In this document: positions 29,825 through 37,718 of the stretch, piece by piece
Layout: the number at the start of each line of letters is the position of its first letter
How positions within the stretch are numbered: position 1 is the stretch's first letter
DNA from: Vulcanimicrobiota bacterium
GTDB lineage: Bacteria; Vulcanimicrobiota; Xenobia; Xenobiales; JADMJV01
Direction: 5' to 3'
DNA length: 64,000 nucleotides
NCBI GenBank assembly: GCA_050250895.1
Contig: JBFWNU010000001.1
Span: 1,640,008 to 1,704,007, forward strand
Translations under genes and position numbers: made by a program
The notes under the pieces: generated by a model
Seen by the model: only the letters and a program-made list of their open reading frames with translations
Database searches by the model: none
Told to the model about the DNA's origin: nothing

Positions 29825-30492
29825 TCGTGCAATATGAGATTCACGCCGATACGACCTTTGCGGTGCGACGCCTGGCCATCACTCCCCAAGGGGTCGTCTA
29901 CACCCGCTCGATCGGGCAACCCCTGCACGTTCTCTACCCAGACATCACGGCTGTCCTGGTTTCGAGTACCGACATGCTGACCATTCACGCCAAAGGCGAG
30001 ATCATGCGTCTGGGGCTCAAGCCCGAGCACCAGCCGGCCCTGCAGGCGATGCTGGGTTATCTCAAAGCGGCCGTGCCCGAGGCCGAGGACGCCCTCGAGG
30101 CCACCTTTAGCGAGCACCCGCCCGAGCTACCGCCGGAAGAGCCGGTGCGCCAACCGGGTGGCCTCAAAGAAGTGAAGTTCGCTCCTATGTCGGCCCAAGA
30201 ATTGGCCGCGAGGCGACAGCCTCCGCCCGGAGCCCAGAACATTCCCGAGCCTAGCAAATTGGGACAGGTGAGTCCTCGAATCGGTTCCAAGCCGGTCTCG
30301 CTCGGTGTCGAAGGCTCGCCCCAGCCTAAGGCCCAGCCGGATCATGAGGCGATGTTGATGGAGCGCCGGGCCCGCCAATACGACCTGCCTCCCAGCGCGC
30401 CCCCCATTCCCAAGCCGGCTGCCGATAGCCCCAGCGGACCCATCAGCGCAGCCGAGATCATCAAGCGCAGGCAAGCGCGAGAGGAGAGCTAG
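29821..30492 (+). CDS. hypothetical protein (beta-rich, possibly PH-like N-terminal domain, Pro-rich tail)
   Basis: ATGA overlap with the preceding gene; stop abuts the Ubl start. Confidence 0.65.
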   Translation: MIVQYEIHADTTFAVRRLAITPQGVVYTRSIGQPLHVLYPDITAVLVSSTDMLTIHAKGEIMRLGLKPEHQPALQAMLGYLKAAVPEAEDALEATFSEHPPELPPEEPVRQPGGLKEVKFAPMSAQELAARRQPPPGAQNIPEPSKLGQVSPRIGSKPVSLGVEGSPQPKAQPDHEAMLMERRARQYDLPPSAPPIPKPAADSPSGPISAAEIIKRRQAREES

Positions 30493-30762
30493 ATGTCAGA
30501 GGTTCGCGTCAAGATTCTGGACGTTTCCGGCAGCCGCAGTCGTGAAGCCGAACTGCCGGCTGACGTGCCGGTCGAGCGCTTGCTCATTCTGCTGGTCGAA
30601 CGACTCGAACTGCCGCTCAACAGCCCCGACGGGCAGCTGATGGTCTACAAGCTTCACCATCGCGCCAGCGGGCGCCAGTTGCTCGATCACGAGACCCTGG
30701 GCCAGGCCCAGGTCAAGCACGGCGAAGAGTTGCGTCTGCAGCCGGAGATCATCGCTGGATGA
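30493..30762 (+). CDS. ubiquitin-like beta-grasp protein (EsaB/YukD-like)
   Basis: 89 aa; beta-beta-alpha pattern; LLDHETLGQAQVKHGEELRL parallels ubiquitin [20 protein letters not shown]; ends IIAG. Confidence 0.85.
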   Translation: MSEVRVKILDVSGSRSREAELPADVPVERLLILLVERLELPLNSPDGQLMVYKLHHRASGRQLLDHETLGQAQVKHGEELRLQPEIIAG

Positions 30763-31928
30763 CGATGACCCTGGCAGAGGGCCGCTTTGCTCGCTTCTCG
30801 CAGATCGGGTGGTGGAATCAAGAGCTGCTCGCTCGGGCTCGCGTACTGGTGATCGGAGCCGGCGCGCTCGGCAACGAAGTGGTCAAGAACCTGGCTTTGC
30901 TCGGGGTCGGCAATCTGGTCATCGCCGATATGGACACCATCGAGCTCTCGAATCTAAGCCGAAGTGTCCTCTTTCGGGCTGAAGACGAAGGCAAGGCCAA
31001 AGCCGAGGTGGCGGCCGCCGCCGCGCGCTCCCTCTATCCCGACATGAAGATTCAGGCGGTGGTGGTGAACGTGCTGGCAGGTTTGGGCCTGGGCTACTTC
31101 CGCTGGGCCCACGTCGTGGTGGGGGCCCTCGACAATCGCGAGGCGCGGGTCTTTGTCAACAGTCGCTGCGCTCAACTGGGCAAGGCCTGGTTCGATGGAG
31201 GCATCGAGGCGCTCAACGGGGTGGTGCGCGGCTTTTCGGCCCCCGACACGGCTTGCTATGAGTGCACCATGTCCAAGCAAGACTGGGAGCAGATCGAGAA
31301 ACGGCGCTCCTGCTCTTTGTTGGCCCGCCAAGCCCTGGCTCAGGGGACCATGCCGACGACGCCGACTACCGCCTCGGTGATCGGCGGGATGCAGGCTCAA
31401 GAGTTGGTGAAGTTCTTGCACCACGGTCACGACGAGTCGGCCTTGCTGGGCAAGGGCTTCTTTTTCGAAGGGCTGCGGCATTCGTCCTATCCCATCAGCT
31501 ATCGAATCAACCCCGAATGTCCCTGGCACGAGCCCGCCTGCTCCGTCGAGAGTTGCCCGCAGTTTTCGAGCCAGACCGTGATCGACGAGCTCTGGTCTTT
31601 CGCCGAGGAGCGCCTGGGTGGCCTGGACGGGCTGGATTTTTCGCGCGAGATGGTCGAGCGCCTCACTTGCCCGAGCTGTGGCGACGAGCGCCAACTCTAC
31701 AAAGCCCTGGACCACCTCAGCGAGGCTGACGCCCCCTGTCCCGAGTGTGGGCAAGAGTGCTTTCCGGCCCTTTTTCACGGGGTCCACGCCAGCAGCGCCG
31801 CCCGAGCTCAGACGCCGGCCCAGCTGGGTCTGCCGCGCTGGGACATCATCTGGGCTCGCCGTGGTGAGGAGTATCTCGGCCTCGAACTCAGCGGCGACCG
31901 GCCTGAAGAACTCGGGGTGCCGGCATGA
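30759..31928 (+). CDS. E1-like Ubl-activating enzyme (ThiF/MoeB/UBA family)
   Basis: GAGALG, DMDTIELSNLSRS, ALDNREAR, CYEC, candidate catalytic RRSC, CPWH; extra C-terminal CPSC/CPEC domain; no rhodanese domain. Confidence 0.92.
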   Translation: MTMTLAEGRFARFSQIGWWNQELLARARVLVIGAGALGNEVVKNLALLGVGNLVIADMDTIELSNLSRSVLFRAEDEGKAKAEVAAAAARSLYPDMKIQAVVVNVLAGLGLGYFRWAHVVVGALDNREARVFVNSRCAQLGKAWFDGGIEALNGVVRGFSAPDTACYECTMSKQDWEQIEKRRSCSLLARQALAQGTMPTTPTTASVIGGMQAQELVKFLHHGHDESALLGKGFFFEGLRHSSYPISYRINPECPWHEPACSVESCPQFSSQTVIDELWSFAEERLGGLDGLDFSREMVERLTCPSCGDERQLYKALDHLSEADAPCPECGQECFPALFHGVHASSAARAQTPAQLGLPRWDIIWARRGEEYLGLELSGDRPEELGVPA

Positions 31929-32974
31929 AAGTGGGCGAGTGGAACGAAGAAACCGAGTGGGCTCGCAAGGACTTTCCCGGCCCGGCCGGTGTCGACGAGA
32001 TTCTGCGCGTCACCTATGAGCGCGAGGCTCTGGCTGATGTGCACGGCCACGCCCGCGAGTTTCTCGAGAACGAAATCTGTGGGGTGCTGGTGGGTGAGGT
32101 CTGCCAGGACGGTCAAGGTCCTTTCGTCTGGGTGAAAGCGGCGATTCGCGGGGCCCACGCCAAGGAAAAGCGCACCGAGGTCGCTTTCACACAAGAGACC
32201 TGGGAGACCATCCACAAGACCAAGGACGAGCGCTATCCCAAGCTGCAGATTGTCGGTTGGTATCACTCTCACCCCGGCTTTGGCGTCGAATTCTCCGAGA
32301 TGGATATCTTCGTCCAGCAGAACTTCTTTCCGGCTCCTACTCAGATCGCGCTGGTGACCGACCCCCTGAGCGGCCAGCTGGCTATGCTGGTCTGCCGTGA
32401 CAAGAAGCCTGTCTATCTCGAGCGTTTCTGGGTCGACGGCCGGGAGCACCAGGCCCAAACGCCCAGAGTGGCGTCAGCCTCCGGGGGTGGCGCCCCCGAC
32501 CCGGCCACCGCCGAGAAGCTCAAGGCGGTCGAGACCCGCCTCAACCAGGTCATCGCCGCCGTGGATCGGCAGAGCACTTCACTGTATCGGTTCCAGGCGG
32601 TTGCTCTGGGCATGCTGTTTGCGGCGCTGGCGTCCGGCCTGGCCTACAACGTTTGGAACGCTAGCAGCAAGACCTACAAGCCGCCCACCCTCAACAGCTA
32701 CGCGCGGATTCCCGTCCAGGTTGGGGATCGCACCGTCTGGCTGGGCGTCCAGGTGGTCGACTGGGATGTGCCGCCTGAGCTCAACGCCGCTTACATCAAA
32801 GCGGTGGAACGAAGACTGCAACTCGATTTTCCGCCTCCGCAGCAAGCGGTCCAGCCGTCGAGCGATTCGACGCCAACCGCATCCGAGACCCCGACCGAGA
32901 CTTCCACCCCGGCCGAGCCAACGCCGGCCGAGACTTCGACCCCTGTTGACACAGCCACCCCTGAGGACCACTGA
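31925..32974 (+). CDS. JAB/MPN+ (Rpn11/CSN5-like) metalloisopeptidase with TM anchor
   Basis: NEICGVLVG and VGWYHSHPGFGVEFSEMD (E...HxH...S..D); coiled segment, TM, Thr/Pro-rich tail. Confidence 0.9.
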   Translation: MKVGEWNEETEWARKDFPGPAGVDEILRVTYEREALADVHGHAREFLENEICGVLVGEVCQDGQGPFVWVKAAIRGAHAKEKRTEVAFTQETWETIHKTKDERYPKLQIVGWYHSHPGFGVEFSEMDIFVQQNFFPAPTQIALVTDPLSGQLAMLVCRDKKPVYLERFWVDGREHQAQTPRVASASGGGAPDPATAEKLKAVETRLNQVIAAVDRQSTSLYRFQAVALGMLFAALASGLAYNVWNASSKTYKPPTLNSYARIPVQVGDRTVWLGVQVVDWDVPPELNAAYIKAVERRLQLDFPPPQQAVQPSSDSTPTASETPTETSTPAEPTPAETSTPVDTATPEDH

Positions 32975-32985
32975 AAGGACCCGCC

Positions 32986-34317
32986 ATGCCCGAGAGAGAG
33001 TTTGCCTTGAAGATCACCCGCGAAGAGGCGATGGGAGAGCACGTCGATGACCTGTTGAAGCGCCAGAAGAGCCTTCGAGGCGAGTCGGCCGGTATCGACC
33101 GAGGCGGCAAGAAGGTCTGGTTTTACCAGAACTGGTTCGTCTTCATGATTGCCGGTTTGCTAGGAGCCTTGCTGGCCTGGGGTCTGCTCGAGCCCGCTTT
33201 TCAGGACCGGATCGAATGGCGCGGCACCCTCGAGACCCTCGACCTGCAGTCGGTTGCACCAGAGGGGCTCGAGGGCCAGGTTCAGGGCAAGTGCAAGGTG
33301 CGTGGCCAGGTCATCTACTTCTATCGCGACATGAAGCTGGCGGGATCGGGTGCGCCCTTCGACGCCAGCCAATTATCCATCGGCCAGGAGGTGGCATTCT
33401 ATATCGAGGGTGACGCAGTAGCCACCTATGTCGATCCAAATCCCCACGGGTCGTATTCTACCAGCAAGAGCCTGAGCGAACTCAGCAGTGCCTCGACCAT
33501 GGCGGCCATGGTGCTCTTTCCGCTGGTCGCCGGTATGGTGGGTCTTTTCATCGGAGCCGCCGACGGACTGGTCAGCCGGCTCATGGGTCGGGCCCTGGTC
33601 TGTGGTGGAGTGGGCCTGGTGGTGGGACTGATCGGCGGAGTCTTCTCTACCATCCTGGCCACCCTGGTCTACAATCTGCTGTCGGGGTGGGCCACCGATC
33701 ACACGGGCACGGCCGTGGCCGGCCTGAGCCTGTTCGGCTTCATGATGCAGGTGATCGCTCGCGCGCTGGGCTGGGCCCTGGCCGGACTGACCATGGGGCT
33801 GGGCCAGGGGATCGCCCTGCGTTCGTCGCGACTGGCCACTTACGGTCTGTTGGGCGGCGTCATCGGAGGTTTGCTGGGCGGGTTGTGCTTTGACCCCATC
33901 GACCTGCTGTTGCTGGGTGGCGACGGCCAGGTGAGCGCCCACCTGAGCCGCGGCGTCGGCATCGGCGTGATCGGCGCCGTGGTCGGCTTCACCATCGGCA
34001 TCGTCGAGCTGCTGGCTCGCGACAGCTGGCTGCAGATGCTCAAGGGGCCCCTTACCGGCAAGGAATTTCTGCTCTACAAAGACACGATGGTGCTGGGCGC
34101 CTCTCCCAAGTGCGACATCTATCTTTTTAGCGACGACCAGGTGCTGCCGATGCACGGCCAGATGCGCAGCGTGGGCGAAGAGACCGAGATCGAATCGCTG
34201 GACAGCGAAAATCCGGTTCTGGTCAACGGCCGGCCGGTGACCAGGTGTCGCCTCAACGGAGGCGATCAGATCACCATCGGCAAGACGGTCTTCTCCTACC
34301 GAAAGAAAAATCGATGA
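32986..34317 (+). CDS. multi-pass Gly-rich membrane protein with C-terminal FHA domain
   Basis: About 7 Gly-rich TM helices; GPLTGKEF...LGASPKCDIYL...H...VNG...LNGGDQITIG. Confidence 0.85.
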   Translation: MPEREFALKITREEAMGEHVDDLLKRQKSLRGESAGIDRGGKKVWFYQNWFVFMIAGLLGALLAWGLLEPAFQDRIEWRGTLETLDLQSVAPEGLEGQVQGKCKVRGQVIYFYRDMKLAGSGAPFDASQLSIGQEVAFYIEGDAVATYVDPNPHGSYSTSKSLSELSSASTMAAMVLFPLVAGMVGLFIGAADGLVSRLMGRALVCGGVGLVVGLIGGVFSTILATLVYNLLSGWATDHTGTAVAGLSLFGFMMQVIARALGWALAGLTMGLGQGIALRSSRLATYGLLGGVIGGLLGGLCFDPIDLLLLGGDGQVSAHLSRGVGIGVIGAVVGFTIGIVELLARDSWLQMLKGPLTGKEFLLYKDTMVLGASPKCDIYLFSDDQVLPMHGQMRSVGEETEIESLDSENPVLVNGRPVTRCRLNGGDQITIGKTVFSYRKKNR

Positions 34318-34874
34318 TCTGCCAGATCTGCCAGTGCCCGCTCGCAGAGGGCGAGCCGCGCCACACCTGTGGCGAGTGCAAGACGCCCTATCACCAGGAG
34401 TGCTACGAAGACAACCAGGGCTGCGCGGTCTATGGCTGCGCCAACGTGCCCAACACTGAGCAACTCGAGTCGTTCGAGGTGCCTACCGGCTACTGGGGGC
34501 AAGAAGATTGGCCCTGTCCCAACTGCGGCAAGCTGATCAAGGCGGTGGCCAAGCGCTGTAAGCACTGCGCCACCGTGTTCAATTCGGACCGGCCTCAAGA
34601 GCGCACGGAGTATCAGCAGGGCCGGCAGCTGCAGGTCGCCCGCAGCAGCACTCAGACCGGGGTGCTGGCCATCCTGGGTCTGTCGTTGCTGCCTTTCACC
34701 GCCCCGGTGGCGGCCGTGGCTGGCCCGCTGTGGTGGGCCAGCCGTCGTGACCACGTGAACAGCCTCGACGCTCTCCACGCCGGCTTACTGCGGGTGGGAG
34801 TGGGTGTGGCCTGGCTCGAGACCTTCTTGATGGGCTCTTTTGCCCTGGCCTATCTGATGAAAGGAGGGACTTGA
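34314..34874 (+). CDS. prokaryotic RING finger (E3-like) + zinc ribbon + TM helices
   Basis: CQIC...CGECKTPYHQEC...GCAVYGC (Prok-RING pattern); CPNC...CKHC; C-terminal TM helices; ATGA overlap. Confidence 0.85.
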   Translation: MICQICQCPLAEGEPRHTCGECKTPYHQECYEDNQGCAVYGCANVPNTEQLESFEVPTGYWGQEDWPCPNCGKLIKAVAKRCKHCATVFNSDRPQERTEYQQGRQLQVARSSTQTGVLAILGLSLLPFTAPVAAVAGPLWWASRRDHVNSLDALHAGLLRVGVGVAWLETFLMGSFALAYLMKGGT

Positions 34875-35353
34875 TGCGACACCGCTTGCGCCGCTTGACG
34901 GCCGACTATTCGATGGTCTATCACGCCTTCTCGAGCCATCCTCACATCAAACTGCTATCGGCCGAGGGTGAGCCGCCCGAGAAGTATGTCTTCGAGTTCT
35001 CGCTACCCTCGCTGGTGCCGGGCCAGAAAGAGTCGCCTCCGGTGCCCGGCAACGTGCACCGGGCCGAGGTTTATCTGCCGGCCGACTATCCTCGCCGGCC
35101 GCCTTTTGCCCGTATGATCACCCCGGTCTACCATCCCAACATCGACCCCCAGAAAATCTGCATCGGCGACCACTGGAGCGCCGCTCAGACCCTGCAGCAG
35201 CTGGTGGTACAGATCGCCGAGATGCTCTGCTTTCAGGCCTATAACGTCAAGAGTCCGCTCAACGCCGAGGCGGCCGTCTGGGTGGGCCAGAACCTGGGCC
35301 GTCTGCCGCTGCTCAAGGCCGATCTGGGAGCCGGCTCACCACAGCCCTCCTAG
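34874..35353 (+). CDS. E2 ubiquitin-conjugating (UBC) enzyme
   Basis: LRRLTADY, LPADYPRRPP, TPVYHPNID followed by catalytic Cys (KICIG), WSAAQTL, SPLNAEAA; AAGGAGG RBS. Confidence 0.92.
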   Translation: MRHRLRRLTADYSMVYHAFSSHPHIKLLSAEGEPPEKYVFEFSLPSLVPGQKESPPVPGNVHRAEVYLPADYPRRPPFARMITPVYHPNIDPQKICIGDHWSAAQTLQQLVVQIAEMLCFQAYNVKSPLNAEAAVWVGQNLGRLPLLKADLGAGSPQPS

Positions 35354-35710
35354 CCGCAAGAACCACAAGCCCAGGATGGTCAGCGCCACTCCGATGAAGG
35401 CCCTCTGGCTCAGGCCCGGCACCGGCAGGTCATAGCCGGCCGCCCGAGCGGTGTAAACGATGGCCCCAACCCAAAAAAGTGGATAGAGCACCAGGCTGAG
35501 GATGTTCTCGTGGGCGGCTTCGCCCCAGCGACCGGCCGACAGAGCCACGAAAGCGTGACTCATGCCGCAACCCGGGCACTTCAATCCGGTGGTAGCGCGC
35601 AGTACACACACGGTGGCGTCGCCGGGGGCGGGGGTGAGGAAAAACGAGACCACCAGGCAGGCCCATAAAAAGATGGCCGTGGCCGCGGCCTTGTGGCGCG
35701 GGTCGGTCAA
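35336..35710 (-). CDS. DUF2752 family membrane protein
   Basis: CVLRATTGLKCPGCGMSHAFVAL...GRWGEAAHEN motif; TTG 35710 overlaps the Uma2 stop. Confidence 0.85.
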   Translation of the reverse strand: MTDPRHKAAATAIFLWACLVVSFFLTPAPGDATVCVLRATTGLKCPGCGMSHAFVALSAGRWGEAAHENILSLVLYPLFWVGAIVYTARAAGYDLPVPGLSQRAFIGVALTILGLWFLRLGGLW

Positions 35711-36297
35711 TCCTGGTCCGGCACAGGAGCCATCAGGTGGCCCACCACCAGCGCGGGCCCGGGCACTTGAGCCGGGGTGATCTCGTCGTCGGGTTGCCAC
35801 ACCCGACGCAGGCTGTAAGAGGCGCCGAACGGGGCGGTGGTGTCTTTTTGCGGCTGCAGGTGTTGCTCGAGACAACGATCGACCAGGTTGACGATCCAAT
35901 ATTCCGGCACCCCGGCACTGGCGTAGAGGCTGGTCTTCTTGAGGCGATCGTAGGCCAGTGAAGTGAAGGACACCTCGATGACCAGATCGGCGCAGGTCGG
36001 ATGGCGGCGGGCCGCCCCTTGCTGTTCGGGGCGAACGAGGGCGAAGTCTGGCTCGGGCTCGGAGTATTCGCCCACCTGGATGGGTAAGCCGACTCGGACC
36101 AGATGGGTCTGTCCGTAGGCCCGCACCAGCAAGTTATTGGCCAGGGCCACCGAATCACTATGCATTTTATCGTGAGCGCTCAAGGGCAGAACCTCTCCAT
36201 CGATCAACTCCACCCGCTCATGGGGCCCGATCACCCCGACCTCGGCCATCTTGTTGTATTCGTCCACCGTCCAGCGACGCGGTGAGAGTTCTAGCAT
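35707..36297 (-). CDS. Uma2/DUF820 family PD-(D/E)xK endonuclease
   Basis: WTVDEY, RVELIDGE, EPEPD, LVIEVS, LYASAGVPEYWIVNL. Confidence 0.93.
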   Translation of the reverse strand: MLELSPRRWTVDEYNKMAEVGVIGPHERVELIDGEVLPLSAHDKMHSDSVALANNLLVRAYGQTHLVRVGLPIQVGEYSEPEPDFALVRPEQQGAARRHPTCADLVIEVSFTSLAYDRLKKTSLYASAGVPEYWIVNLVDRCLEQHLQPQKDTTAPFGASYSLRRVWQPDDEITPAQVPGPALVVGHLMAPVPDQD

Positions 36298-36369
36298 AGC
36301 CACTACTTCTGCGAGCCTGGCGGCCATCCCTCGGGCGGGGCTTTGAGGCCGGGTTGCGAACGAGTGGGG

Positions 36370-37683
36370 GTGGAGAAGTTTGCCTTTCTTCGTCTGGACC
36401 GGCTGCCGTCGCCGGACCGTGACGATCTTTTGTTGCAGTTGCCAGGACGGATGCGCGAGATCGGCTATGACCAACAGCTGGCCAGCTCGGCGGCGGCGCT
36501 CAACCAGGGGCCGGTGGCCCTGGCCGCTCTGTTACGGCGCACTGCCGATGGCCAGCCGGCTCAGCTGGCCTATCGCCTCTGGCTGCTGGCTCAGTGGCTC
36601 TCGTCGGAGCAGGCCGCCCAGGTCTTCGGCCCGGATTTGCTCGAGCGGTTACTGGAATGGGGTCTGCTGGCCGAGGTGGAGGGCCGGGTAGGAGCGACCG
36701 TCGATCTCTATCCGGTGGGCGGCGACTATCTGGCCACCGACCGCCAGATCGGCCTGGGTAGACGCCTGGAGGCTGTCTACCCCCCCGGCATCGATAGCTA
36801 CTCTTTACGTCGGATGTTGCCTTCCTTTAAGGTTGAGCGGGCTCTCGACCTTTGTACCGGCTCGGGTATTCAAGCTCTGGGTCTTAAGGCGGATCACACC
36901 GAGGCCGTCGACCTGTCTCCAAGAGCGGCCGAGTTTGCCGACTTCAATTTCGCCCTCAACCAGCCGAGCCGCAGCCGGGCCATCCATCAGGGAGCGCTTT
37001 TCGAGCCGCTGGCTGACCGGCCCTATGACCTGATTGTGAGCAACCCGCCCTGGGTGCCGACCCCTGACGGCGAGGTCGAACTCTTCCGAGGCGGCGGCCT
37101 CGATGGCGAGTTCATCACCCGTCAGATCTTCGAAGGGGCGGCCCAATGGCTGGCTCCCGAGGGCCGTTTGGTGGTCTATGTCGAGTACCCTCATCTGAAG
37201 GGTCAGTCCTATCCCGAACGAGTTCGCGGGTGGCTGGGCCAGGGCGATTGGGGGATCGCCCTGGTCAACATGCTCCACCTGTCCACCGAAGAATACGTGG
37301 CCGGCCAGGTGGCCAGCCACACCGGCCAGGATATCGACCGCGAGTTCGAACGCTGGATGCTGGGATATGAGCGGGCCGGCATCGAGGCCATGAGTCGGGC
37401 GGTGGTCTATGTGGTGCCAGGTGGCCCGTTCGAGGTGTGCCTCGAGGCCAGCCACCCGACCGAAAGCCAGGACTGGGTCGGGTCCTGGCTCGAGAATCTC
37501 GGTCGGTCGGGCACTCGGCTGCATTCGAAAGCGCAGCTCTGGACCAGCGGCGAGCGGGCTCGGGTAGAATGGCCCGGTAGCTGTCTTCATCCGGTGGAAC
37601 TCGACCCGACCGAGCAGGCCGCGCTGACGGGTCAGGCGGGCCAATTCGCAGTCGCGCTTCGGGCCCGGATGATCTTGGAGTAG
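36370..37683 (+). CDS. class I SAM-dependent methyltransferase (HemK/N5-Gln-like)
   Basis: LDLCTGSGIQAL and DLIVSNPPW motifs. Start approximate. Confidence 0.85.
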   Translation: MEKFAFLRLDRLPSPDRDDLLLQLPGRMREIGYDQQLASSAAALNQGPVALAALLRRTADGQPAQLAYRLWLLAQWLSSEQAAQVFGPDLLERLLEWGLLAEVEGRVGATVDLYPVGGDYLATDRQIGLGRRLEAVYPPGIDSYSLRRMLPSFKVERALDLCTGSGIQALGLKADHTEAVDLSPRAAEFADFNFALNQPSRSRAIHQGALFEPLADRPYDLIVSNPPWVPTPDGEVELFRGGGLDGEFITRQIFEGAAQWLAPEGRLVVYVEYPHLKGQSYPERVRGWLGQGDWGIALVNMLHLSTEEYVAGQVASHTGQDIDREFERWMLGYERAGIEAMSRAVVYVVPGGPFEVCLEASHPTESQDWVGSWLENLGRSGTRLHSKAQLWTSGERARVEWPGSCLHPVELDPTEQAALTGQAGQFAVALRARMILE

Positions 37684-37718
37684 GGGCTACTTCTGGCGTT
37701 GCCAGGTCGCCTTGAACC

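Noticed and set aside
30493-31928. ThiS/ThiF or MoaD/MoeB sulfur-carrier pair
   Set aside because: No thiamine, molybdopterin, cysteine-synthase or rhodanese partner; linked instead to E2, RING and JAB, and the Ubl pattern is ubiquitin/YukD-like.
35707-37683. Uma2 nuclease + methyltransferase as a restriction-modification system
   Set aside because: The genes are divergent, the methylase looks HemK/protein-type, and Uma2 genes are common solitary paralogues.
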